From positions 54,380 to 74,379 of the forward strand of contig JAFGJV010000034.1 of NCBI GenBank assembly GCA_016928955.1: a DNA stretch of 20,000 bases, in the 5' to 3' direction. This DNA comes from Spirochaetales bacterium (lineage in GTDB: Bacteria; Spirochaetota; Spirochaetia; Treponematales; UBA12059). The notes below the pieces were generated by a model. It was not told the DNA's origin and did no database searches. It saw nothing but the letters and a program-made list of their open reading frames with translations. Positions 1 through 7,439 of the stretch are shown piece by piece (positions within the stretch are counted from its first letter, which is position 1; each line of letters begins with the position of its first letter). The position numbers and the translations under genes are program-made.

Positions 1-73
1 GCGGCGCGTCCTGGGCAGCCAGGCCAGCGGCGGCCGTGAGCGCCAGTACTATGCGCACTATCCAACGTCCCAT
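1..73 (-). CDS. N-terminus of a secreted protein (runs off the window start)
   Basis: Not in the ORF track. Minus-strand ATG at 73 follows GGAGG (79-83) and reads MGRWIVRIVLALTAAAGLAAQDAP, a classic Sec signal peptide (basic N-region, hydrophobic core, Ala-rich cleavage site). Confidence 0.75.
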   Translation of the reverse strand, partial: MGRWIVRIVLALTAAAGLAAQDAP

Positions 74-175
74 GGAGACCTCCTGGCCGGATATCGTGAA
101 GGCTGGAGGGCGGCCGCGATGCAACGCGGGTGCCACGGGCCCTCCGTGGAAGAGTAGTATTACCGTCCTGAGAGG

Positions 176-937
176 TCAAGCTGAGCCACGGGAGAGCAGG
201 GCGGACCGTTTGGCGAACAGGGCGGCCAACCTGTCCAGTTCATCGTGCGTGAGCGCCGCCCGGGCGGACAGGGTGGCCAGGAAGCGCTGGGTGTCGTCGC
301 GGCCGGCTATCTTGAAAAAGCCCGAGGCGGCCAGCTCGTCGCATATACCCGAGGCGGTTCTGCCGTAGTCGTCCCGCGTCGCGGCGCCCTGGCCGCCCGC
401 CACTGACGCGCCACCGGTCCGGGCAAGCGCATGGCGGCGCAGTTCCCAGAACGCGAGCTGGACGGCGTGGGACAGATTGAGCGAGGGGAAGGCGTCGGAG
501 CTGGGTATCCAGACGGCCAGGTCGCACAGGGCCAGCTCGGCGCTGGACAGGCCGTCGCGCTCGTTCCCGAACACCAAGGCGACGCGGCCGGACCTGTCCA
601 TGATCGTCTTGGCCAGGTTTCCGAGTTCTAGGCCCGCCTTTCTTCTGCCGCCCCGCCGTCGGGTAAACCCCACGGCCAGGGAGCACCCGTCAAGGGCGCT
701 TTCCAGGCTGGCATGCCGCTCGGCACGCTCGTATACATCCCAGGCGCCCAGAGCGCTGGTGCGTACCAGATCCGGATCGAATTCGGGACAGGCCGCCAGG
801 GTAAGGTTATCGCACCCCATGGTCTTGATGGCCCTGCAGACGGCGCCTACGTTGGACGGTCCTTCGGCGCGGCAAAGGACGGCGGAAAAACGTTCCATTA
901 CGGCGTCTGCGGCATGGAGAGGTTTGCCGTTTGTCAT
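176..937 (-). CDS. trmJ: SPOUT RNA 2'-O-methyltransferase, TrmJ/LasT family
   Basis: Motifs NVGAVCRAIKTMG, VALVFGNERDGLS and FPSLNLSHAVQL. Start is 937 (MTNGK) or 898 (MERF). Confidence 0.85.
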   Translation of the reverse strand: MTNGKPLHAADAVMERFSAVLCRAEGPSNVGAVCRAIKTMGCDNLTLAACPEFDPDLVRTSALGAWDVYERAERHASLESALDGCSLAVGFTRRRGGRRKAGLELGNLAKTIMDRSGRVALVFGNERDGLSSAELALCDLAVWIPSSDAFPSLNLSHAVQLAFWELRRHALARTGGASVAGGQGAATRDDYGRTASGICDELAASGFFKIAGRDDTQRFLATLSARAALTHDELDRLAALFAKRSALLSRGSA

Positions 938-952
938 GGGAAAGGGTATAGT
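924..952 (+). promoter_or_regulatory. sigma70-type promoter for the SDR gene
   Basis: TTGCCG (924-929)-N17-TATAGT (947-952). Overlaps a weaker divergent candidate, TTGCCC (973-968)-N17-TATACC (950-945), for trmJ. Confidence 0.5.
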
Positions 953-962
953 CATGATTGCT

Positions 963-1721
963 ATGCAGGGCAAGAGCGACGCGGACGGCGTTCACGGAAC
1001 AGCAGCTTTGGTGGTCGGAGGTTCGGGCGGCCTGGGCCTGGCCGTGGCCCGGAGACTGTGCGGGGCCGGGGCGCGCCTGACAATCCACGGCAAGGACCAG
1101 GAACGACTCGATGCGGCAGTCCGCGCCTGTTGCCACGGCGCTGCGCCAGAGACGCGGCCGGAAACCATCCGGGCGGACCTCGGCGGCGGCTCCGTTCCCG
1201 ACGAACTTCTGGAAGCCGCATCCGCCTGCGACATCCTGGTGCTTGCGTACGGGCCCTTCCTGCACGCGACCCTGGAACAAACAGGGGACGATGACTGGCA
1301 GCGGATGTGCTGGGCCAATTTGGCCCTGCCCGGCATGCTGGCCGGCCGAGCTGCCAGAGCCATGGCCGCTCGCGGATTCGGGCGCATACTATTCTTTGGC
1401 GGTACCAGGACGGATGCCATCCGGGGCTTCCGCATGAACGCCGCCTATGCAGCGGCCAAGACCGGCCTGGGCGTGTTGGCCAAGTCGCTGGCCGCCGAGT
1501 ATTCCGGGCGGGGCGTGTCCTGCGCGCTTCTGTGCCCTGGGTTTGTGGATACCGAGTATCTGGACCAGGCATCCAGGGCTGAGCTTGCGGCAAAAGCGCC
1601 TAGGGGGCGCCTCATCAGGCCGGAGGCCATAGCGGAGCTTGCCGTGGCCCTGCTGTCAGGCGGCATGGACCTGGCCAACGGCTCTATTATCGTCGCCGAC
1701 GAGGGCTTATACGCCCTGTAA
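963..1721 (+). CDS. Short-chain dehydrogenase/reductase (FabG-like SDR)
   Basis: Gly-rich VVGGSGGLG, catalytic YAAAK, PGFVDT and C-terminal NGSIIVADEG. The ORF-track extension to 477 overlaps trmJ antisense and is not credible. Confidence 0.9.
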   Translation: MQGKSDADGVHGTAALVVGGSGGLGLAVARRLCGAGARLTIHGKDQERLDAAVRACCHGAAPETRPETIRADLGGGSVPDELLEAASACDILVLAYGPFLHATLEQTGDDDWQRMCWANLALPGMLAGRAARAMAARGFGRILFFGGTRTDAIRGFRMNAAYAAAKTGLGVLAKSLAAEYSGRGVSCALLCPGFVDTEYLDQASRAELAAKAPRGRLIRPEAIAELAVALLSGGMDLANGSIIVADEGLYAL

Positions 1722-1866
1722 GCCGTGCCCGGCTCCAGGGCCGGTACGGACAGGCCCTGGCCGAAAAAGAGAAAAAAAACGCAGTAGTGCTGGAATTTTC
1801 GACCAGGCTCGCCGAAAATAACGTCGAGGGTAACCTCGTGGCTCATGGAGCCGCCGGGTCCCTCAT

Positions 1867-1906
1867 TTGACATCCCATTGACTGCGCCTTATTATGACTT
1901 TACAAT
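1867..1906 (+). promoter_or_regulatory. Two tandem sigma70 promoters upstream of the STAS/pspA cluster
   Basis: TTGACA (1867-1872)-N17-TATTAT (1890-1895) and TTGACT (1878-1883)-N17-TACAAT (1901-1906). Confidence 0.7.
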
Positions 1907-1949
1907 CGTTCGGTGCACAGTCATCGGGGTGCGTTGGAAGAGGAGTACC

Positions 1950-2501
1950 ATGGCCAACAACGATATCGTTCCTGGCTTTGACGACGAGAAGGACGATAGC
2001 CTCAAAATCAGGCTCCAAAAAATAGACAATGTAGAGAACTGCCTCGCGCTCTTCCTGACCGGCTACATTGACACCTACAACTCGAATTTTTTCCAGAAAC
2101 GCGTCGGCAAAGCCATAGACGCCGGTTATTTCCGGCTGGTGTTCAACTGCGGCGGGCTCAACTACGTGTCGTCCACGGGTATCGGCTCTTTTACGGCCTT
2201 TCTCAAAGCCGTCAAACCCCGCTCGGGAGACATTGTCCTTCTGGAAATCCAGCCCAAGGTGTATGAGGTATTCCAGCTCCTCGGCTTCTCGCAATTCTTC
2301 AATATCAAGGACAACATCGACGAGGCCATGAGTTTCTTCCAGCAAGGCTCGCAGATGACGTCCCAAAGCGTGTTCCCCAAGATTTTTTCCTGTCCTATAT
2401 GCAATAAAAAGCTTCGTGCAGCCAGGCCCGGTCGTTTCCGGTGCTCTGAGTGCAAGACCATCCTGGCAATTGACAACTCGGGACAGGTGTTCCTGGGCTG
2501 A
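1950..2501 (+). CDS. STAS-domain anti-sigma-factor antagonist with C-terminal Zn ribbon
   Basis: RBS GAGGAG before ATG 1950. STAS hallmarks LTGYIDTYN, LNYVSSTGIG (phosphoacceptor Ser region) and VYEVFQLLGF, followed by CPIC-x13-CSEC (2391-2453). Confidence 0.88.
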   Translation: MANNDIVPGFDDEKDDSLKIRLQKIDNVENCLALFLTGYIDTYNSNFFQKRVGKAIDAGYFRLVFNCGGLNYVSSTGIGSFTAFLKAVKPRSGDIVLLEIQPKVYEVFQLLGFSQFFNIKDNIDEAMSFFQQGSQMTSQSVFPKIFSCPICNKKLRAARPGRFRCSECKTILAIDNSGQVFLG

Positions 2502-2562
2502 CCCGCCACCGGCGGACCGCATTCGGCCGCGCCGTTCATTACCTGGCCGCTAGGAGGATGTG

Positions 2563-2946
2563 ATGGCCGGCTTGAGCAAAGTTGAGAATTACCTGATGGA
2601 ACTGGGGCTTTCCTACCAGGAGGCCACACCCAACACTTTCTACGTCGAGGACGAGGCCCGGGGCTTGCCCGGGGTAGCCATTACCGTTGAGGAACCGGTC
2701 GTCTTTTTCCGGACCAAGGTGATGGCCCTGCCCAAGACCAAAAACATTGCGCTGTATGAAACCTTGCTCACATTGAATGCTGAGGATATTCTGCACGGGG
2801 CATACGGAATCGACGGTCAAGACGTCGTCCTTGTGGACACGCTGGAGTACGAGACCATGGACAGGAGCGAGTTCGAGGCAGCTCTGGATTCCATTGGCCT
2901 TGCCCTGTCGAAGCACTATGCCGTCCTGGGCGCGTACCGGGACTGA
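2563..2946 (+). CDS. YbjN/CesT-like (type III chaperone-fold) protein
   Basis: RBS AGGAGG (2552-2557). Acidic 127-aa protein with LYETLLTLNA..LHGAYGID..VVLVDTLEYETMDRSEFEAALDSI, typical of the CesT/YbjN fold. Confidence 0.7.
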   Translation: MAGLSKVENYLMELGLSYQEATPNTFYVEDEARGLPGVAITVEEPVVFFRTKVMALPKTKNIALYETLLTLNAEDILHGAYGIDGQDVVLVDTLEYETMDRSEFEAALDSIGLALSKHYAVLGAYRD

Positions 2947-2963
2947 CCATCCAGGAGGATAAC

Positions 2964-3671
2964 GTGGGTATCTTTGACAGGCTCAAGACCGTTGTGTCGT
3001 CCAATATCAATGACCTCATCTCCAAGGCTGAGAACCCGGAGAAAATGCTCAATCAGCTGGTCATCGACATGAACCAGCAGATGATCGAGTCCAAGAAATC
3101 AGTGGCCATTGCCATTGCGGACGAGAAAAAGATCGAGCGCGAGCTGGCCGAGCAGAAGCGCCAGGCCGAGGACTGGGAACGCAAGGCCGTGGTGGCGGTC
3201 AAGGCCGGGCGTGACGACCTGGCTAAAGAGGCCCTCCTGCGCAAGCAGGAAGCCGAGAACTACTACCTCCAGCTCAAGCCCCAGTGGGAAGCCCAAAAAG
3301 CCTCCGTTGAGAAGCTCAAGGACACGCTCCGCCAGCTTCAGAACAAGATCGACGAGGCGTCCCGCAAGAAGAATATCCTGATAGCTCGGGCCAAGCGCGC
3401 CGAGGCCCAGCAGAAAATCCAGAAGACCCTGTCCAGCATATCCGGCAACACCAGCGCTTTTGACAGCTTTGACCGCATGGCCAAAAAGGTGGACGAGCTC
3501 GAGGCCAAGGCCGAAGCCCACGCCGAGCTTGCAGACCTGTCCCAATCCACGTCGCTGGAGAAAGAGTTTGCCAAACTCGAGTCCTCCGACGCCGGCGCGG
3601 ACGTTCTGCTTGAGGAGCTCAAGCGCAAGATGGTCACGGACGGCCAGGGTGGTCAGGCCGGCCAGCCCTAA
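2964..3671 (+). CDS. pspA: PspA/IM30 (bacterial ESCRT-III-like) phage shock protein A
   Basis: GTG start after AGGAGGA. N-terminus MGIFDRLKTVVSSNINDLISKAENPEKMLNQ, GRDDLAKEAL and FDRMAKKVDELEAKAEA; long coiled coil. Confidence 0.93.
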   Translation: MGIFDRLKTVVSSNINDLISKAENPEKMLNQLVIDMNQQMIESKKSVAIAIADEKKIERELAEQKRQAEDWERKAVVAVKAGRDDLAKEALLRKQEAENYYLQLKPQWEAQKASVEKLKDTLRQLQNKIDEASRKKNILIARAKRAEAQQKIQKTLSSISGNTSAFDSFDRMAKKVDELEAKAEAHAELADLSQSTSLEKEFAKLESSDAGADVLLEELKRKMVTDGQGGQAGQP

Positions 3672-3674
3672 GAG

Positions 3675-4319
3675 ATGCGGCTCCTCTTCATCGGGGACGC
3701 CGACAGGTATCGCGTAGCCACATCAGGGAGCGGGCCGGAAGGGTCCAGCTCCCTTTTTTTATCGGCGACGCTTCCCGGCATCTCCGAGCCAAATGCCTGC
3801 GACGCCGTGATTGTCCCGGCGGAAGCCCTGGCTTCCATACCCTTTCCCCTGGCATGGCCGGTGTTCGCCAGCGGCCCCGCGCGGCTGATGGACGAGGCCT
3901 TCGCCTTCGGGTGTGCCGATTACCTGCGGGAGCCATGGGATGCCGTGGAGTTGGAGGCCCGGGCTCGGGCCCGGCTTCCCCTTACCCTGAGGACAGCGGC
4001 CGGTCTGCTCCGGCTACGGGGCTCTATCCTGGAAGGCCCCCTGGGTACAAAGCGCCTTCGTCCGCGCTCGGCGGCCCTCCTTGCCATGCTGATGTGCAAT
4101 GCCGGGCGGCCGGTACCCAAAACTGCGCTTGCCCTGGTCCTTGGACCGCGGTCAACGGTTGGCCGCTCGGTCGACATGCGTGTGTCCAGGTTACGGGCTT
4201 GTCTATGGAAGGTAGGTGGTCCCGCTGTTGCACGGCAATTGAGGTCCGAACGGGGAGCATCCAACCGGGAAGGAGCGTACTGGCTTTCAGAAAGCTTGAA
4301 CGATGAAGCCGATCTGTAA
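3675..4319 (+). CDS. Atypical OmpR/PhoB-like regulator (degenerate receiver plus winged helix)
   Basis: AFAFGCADYLREPWDAVELEARARARL matches the receiver C-terminal half. LLAMLMCNAGRPVPKTAL..RSVDMRVSRLR matches the Trans_reg_C winged helix. Starts 3 bp after the pspA stop. Confidence 0.72.
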   Translation: MRLLFIGDADRYRVATSGSGPEGSSSLFLSATLPGISEPNACDAVIVPAEALASIPFPLAWPVFASGPARLMDEAFAFGCADYLREPWDAVELEARARARLPLTLRTAAGLLRLRGSILEGPLGTKRLRPRSAALLAMLMCNAGRPVPKTALALVLGPRSTVGRSVDMRVSRLRACLWKVGGPAVARQLRSERGASNREGAYWLSESLNDEADL

Positions 4320-4575
4320 TTGTGGATAAGTTGTTGATAGATTGTGCCCATCATGTAGCTTAAAAAAATCATCGTATTTGTTTGTATACAGGGGGTGTAT
4401 ACGATAGTATAAAGAAAAATGTTGAAATATAATTCAATGTTATAAAAGGAATTAATACTACATGATTCAAGGGTGGTTTCGTTCAGGCGAACGGAATCTC
4501 TAAAATTCCCCTCACTGTGTTTTTTTGACCCACATACAAGTTGTGGAAAACTTGTTTGTAACTGTGGGAAAAGCC
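4320..4575. other. DnaA-box cluster with AT-rich core (oriC-like or DnaA-binding locus)
   Basis: Perfect TGTGGATAA (4321-4329). Degenerate boxes TGTTGATAG (4332), TGACCCACA (4526, opposite orientation), TGTGGAAAA (4542), TGTTTGTAA (4553) and TGTGGGAAA (4563). By hand count, 4321-4470 is 28% GC and 4411-4460 is 16% GC. Confidence 0.6.
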
Positions 4576-4588
4576 GAAGCGCTCCAGC

Positions 4589-4617
4589 TTGTCAAGGGGG
4601 TAGCCCCATGCTAGAGT
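4589..4617 (+). promoter_or_regulatory. sigma70 promoter with extended -10 for the membrane-protein trio
   Basis: TTGTCA (4589-4594)-N17-TAGAGT (4612-4617), preceded by TGn. ATG 4626 lies 8 nt downstream with no SD sequence. Confidence 0.5.
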
Positions 4618-4625
4618 TGTTTTAT

Positions 4626-5315
4626 ATGAGGAAAATTGCCTTCGTGGCGTTGCGGGTTATCATTGTTTTCCTTGCGGCGGAGGCGGTGTCCTTTGTCTAT
4701 GGGGTAGCAACGGCCTATGTAACTGGGCAGGGCACGCCCGTGGCCGCAGCGGGCGTGAGTTTTGCCGCCATGGCCATAGGCGTATGCGCAATGATTGGCG
4801 TCTTTTCGGCTTTTCCTCCCCTTAACCGCTTCTATAAGAGCCGGTTCGCCGGATACGCCATACTCGGAGTCTTGGCATCCACGGTGCTTATAGGCTCGTC
4901 CCTGTTCGGAAACGCCCTGTCTCTGTTCGGGGAACGCTCCGCTCTGGCCGCCTTGCCCGGAGGATTTGGTGCTCTGGCCGAATGGGTGGCAGCCGCTTCG
5001 GCCCTTCCGCCAATGCAGGCGGCCGTCCGCCTCGTGGCGGTGTCGGCTTACGCCGTTTCCTTTTGGGGTATATCCCGGATATCCGACAAACGGCCATTGG
5101 TCGGCGCTTTGCTGACGCCCTCAGCCTGTCTGGCGGCCATAGAGCTCTTTGGCCTGTATCTCAGGGGCCCGGCGCGGGACGTACTCGGTTTTCTGGGCCT
5201 AAAGCTGAATCCAACGGACGGAACGGCGGCTCTCTGCGCGGCCACCGCCCTCCTTTTGGTCATGTTCGACATCCTGATTTCAGCCAGGCCAAAGGCGGGA
5301 GGCCGACATGCCTAG
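4626..5315 (+). CDS. Hypothetical polytopic membrane protein (about 6 TM)
   Basis: Six or more hydrophobic segments starting at MRKIAFVALRVIIVF. The stop overlaps the next gene's start by 8 bp. The ORF-track start at 4473 runs through the DnaA boxes and is unlikely. Confidence 0.7.
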   Translation: MRKIAFVALRVIIVFLAAEAVSFVYGVATAYVTGQGTPVAAAGVSFAAMAIGVCAMIGVFSAFPPLNRFYKSRFAGYAILGVLASTVLIGSSLFGNALSLFGERSALAALPGGFGALAEWVAAASALPPMQAAVRLVAVSAYAVSFWGISRISDKRPLVGALLTPSACLAAIELFGLYLRGPARDVLGFLGLKLNPTDGTAALCAATALLLVMFDILISARPKAGGRHA

Positions 5316-6978
5316 AAACAGAGCCGCCTTCCTGAAGTACATGGTTGGCCTGATGTTTCTGGCCATCGTGGTTTCCTTCCTGCTGGCGGTGCTGTCAGCG
5401 CGCTCGTCGGGCGTGCTCCCGTCCTTCCTGTTCAGGTGGGAGCTGGCCATGGCGGTGGGTACCTTTGCCGCCTGGGTGCCTGCGCTGCTCCTGGTGGCAT
5501 CGGCGATGGCGGCTGAAAACGCCGACGGCAGCCCGGGTTTCCACAGCGTCATGCTCTCCGTCCTGACGCCGGCGTTGACCGTGGCCGTGCTCTTGTCCCT
5601 GTTTTACCTGCTCGTCTGCCCCCTCGCGGACGGCCGCCGGGCCTTTTACGAGCAGGCCAGCAGGGATTTCAGCGAATCCCTCGCGCTGGCAGAGGAAGCC
5701 CTGGGGAAAAACGACCTGGTCACCGCCCAGGGGCACGCTCTCCGTTGCAGGGCGATAGACAGGCAGGAAGCGCGGTACGTGGACCTGAATGACAGGATCC
5801 AGGCCCGGCTGGTCGAGACGGCGAGCATAGAAGCCCCGGCGCAAGAGCCTGGGCTAGCCGCGCAAGAGCCAGCGCGGGAAACAGCCAACCGCTTCTACCT
5901 AGAAGCCCTTACAGCCATGAAGGAAGGCCGCTTTTTTGATGCCCATTACCTGGCAAAACGCTCCCTGGCCATGTATCCGAACCGGCAGGAGGTGATACAG
6001 CTGGTGAGCCAGAGCTGGGACGCTATGCAGGAGCTCAAAGCGTCGCCTGAGAAGGCACTGGACGAGGAGTTCTACGCGCGCAAGGTCCAAGGCTACGAGT
6101 ATCTGGAATCGGGCGACTATCTTGCCGCGTACAGGATGTACCTGGACTTGGCGGAGGAGCGCCCCTCGGACCAGGATACAAGAAAATATCTCCAGCTGAG
6201 CGCGGACGGCCTGTCGGCTACGGCCTTTTTCCTGGGCGACCTGGAACGGGCCTTCCAGTCATACGGAGCCAGGCCCTTCCGCATGGTAATGGGCGTTGAC
6301 GAGACCAGGATAGAGCTCTCGGCGGATTCAGCGTCGCTGTCGCCTGCCGGGGTGTATTTCAGGGGCTTTTCGTACAGGTCCGCGTCGCTCAGCGTCCATA
6401 CCCCCTACGCCGCCCTGAGGTCCGGGCTTGTCCTGCTCAGGTGCGTGGATGACGAGAATCCAGCCAACGTGTACGCACCCGAGTGGCAACCGGCTCCGCC
6501 GGACAGGAACACGGCCAACGTGCTGGAGTCGGGCATGTCTGAGGACGACGTGAGGGAGTATTTCCTGCTTTCGTCGCCGCCAACGGAAATTCCCCTTTGG
6601 ACCCTGCTTGCGCGTTCCAATTCGGGCGCGCGCTTTGGCATAGATCCCAAGCCCTTGCTCAATGAACTGGCGTCCAGGCTGGCGTATCCCTTCCTTGTCC
6701 TGATACTGGTCGTGCTTGGCGTGGCCTTCGGGCTTCGTTTCCGGCCGCCCGAGAAACCGAGTCTGGGATCCACGGTGTTCTGGGCACCGGCCCTTAGCGC
6801 TGCCTTGAGTCCCGTGCTTGGCGTGGGGGCGGCGGGCGGGCGGGTGGCGCAGGCGGCCCTGCTCACAGCCCTGCCGGGAGCCGCGTTCCTGCCCGCGTGG
6901 CTGGGCTTTCTCAGCATCTGTACCGTGTTGGCCGTGCTTTTGGCGTCACGGATAGCCCTTCACGCGCCACGGGCATGA
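5308..6978 (+). CDS. Membrane protein with 3 TM + large helical TPR-like/beta domain + 3 TM (LptF/LptG-like topology)
   Basis: Three N-terminal TMs, repeated TPR-like helices (ALAEEALGKNDLVTA, ALTAMKEGRFFDAHYLA, GYEYLESGDYLAAYRMY), a beta-rich stretch, then ELASRLAYPFLVLILVVLGVAFGLRF resembling LptF/G TM4, and two more TMs. Confidence 0.7.
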   Translation: MPRNRAAFLKYMVGLMFLAIVVSFLLAVLSARSSGVLPSFLFRWELAMAVGTFAAWVPALLLVASAMAAENADGSPGFHSVMLSVLTPALTVAVLLSLFYLLVCPLADGRRAFYEQASRDFSESLALAEEALGKNDLVTAQGHALRCRAIDRQEARYVDLNDRIQARLVETASIEAPAQEPGLAAQEPARETANRFYLEALTAMKEGRFFDAHYLAKRSLAMYPNRQEVIQLVSQSWDAMQELKASPEKALDEEFYARKVQGYEYLESGDYLAAYRMYLDLAEERPSDQDTRKYLQLSADGLSATAFFLGDLERAFQSYGARPFRMVMGVDETRIELSADSASLSPAGVYFRGFSYRSASLSVHTPYAALRSGLVLLRCVDDENPANVYAPEWQPAPPDRNTANVLESGMSEDDVREYFLLSSPPTEIPLWTLLARSNSGARFGIDPKPLLNELASRLAYPFLVLILVVLGVAFGLRFRPPEKPSLGSTVFWAPALSAALSPVLGVGAAGGRVAQAALLTALPGAAFLPAWLGFLSICTVLAVLLASRIALHAPRA

Positions 6979-7439
6979 CAAGGGCCAAAGCCCGGCTCCT
7001 GGGCCTGGTTTTCTGGGCACGCCCAAGGCGTTGGACGCTGGTTTGCGCGGCGGCCGGGTTCGCAAGCGGCGTTTGGGCGGGGCTCACGGCGGCCGTGTTC
7101 GCCGCCGCTCTTGGCGTGTTGCTCGGGGCCATGCTGGACGACATGGCAAGGCGACGAACAAAAGGCTCCCAGGCGCCCGTGCGGTCACCGGTAGATCTGG
7201 ACGAGTCCTACCGGGTGCTTGGCTTGCACAACGACGCTGACGACGCGGACATACTGAGGGCGTACAAACGGCAGAGACGGGAGTCGCACCCGGACGCCGC
7301 GGGCGGCTCGTCCGAGCGCTTTTTGGCCGTTACCCGGGCCTTTGAGGACATACAGCGGGCGCGTGCCGAGGGCTCTCAGCCCTCTATTCGTTCGATGCGA
7401 GCTCCCAACAACGCCAACCGCTCGGATATCCGCTCGTAG
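6975..7439 (+). CDS. Membrane-anchored J-domain protein (short DjlA-like co-chaperone)
   Basis: ATGA overlap with the upstream stop. N-terminal Gly/Ala-rich TM region and J-domain [35 protein letters not shown] with an intact HPD motif. Confidence 0.8.
   Translation: MTRAKARLLGLVFWARPRRWTLVCAAAGFASGVWAGLTAAVFAAALGVLLGAMLDDMARRRTKGSQAPVRSPVDLDESYRVLGLHNDADDADILRAYKRQRRESHPDAAGGSSERFLAVTRAFEDIQRARAEGSQPSIRSMRAPNNANRSDIRS

Noticed and set aside
477..962. 162-codon N-terminal extension of the SDR ORF
   Set aside because: Antisense shadow of trmJ. The SDR Rossmann motif and a promoter place the start near 963.
1722..1860. Possible sRNA in the SDR-STAS gap (hairpins 1825-1838 and 1840-1852, A-tract 1763-1779)
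   Set aside because: Stems are short, there is no convincing promoter, and the A-tract has no adjacent strong stem in terminator geometry.
4410..4450. Possible dif (XerCD) site or parS
   Set aside because: Only a loose ATGTTGAAAT resemblance, with no 11-6-11 dif structure and no TGTTTCACGTGAAACA-like parS.
4473..4625. Cys-rich N-terminal extension of the membrane protein
   Set aside because: It arises from translating the TGTGG DnaA-box repeats, and a promoter lies within it.
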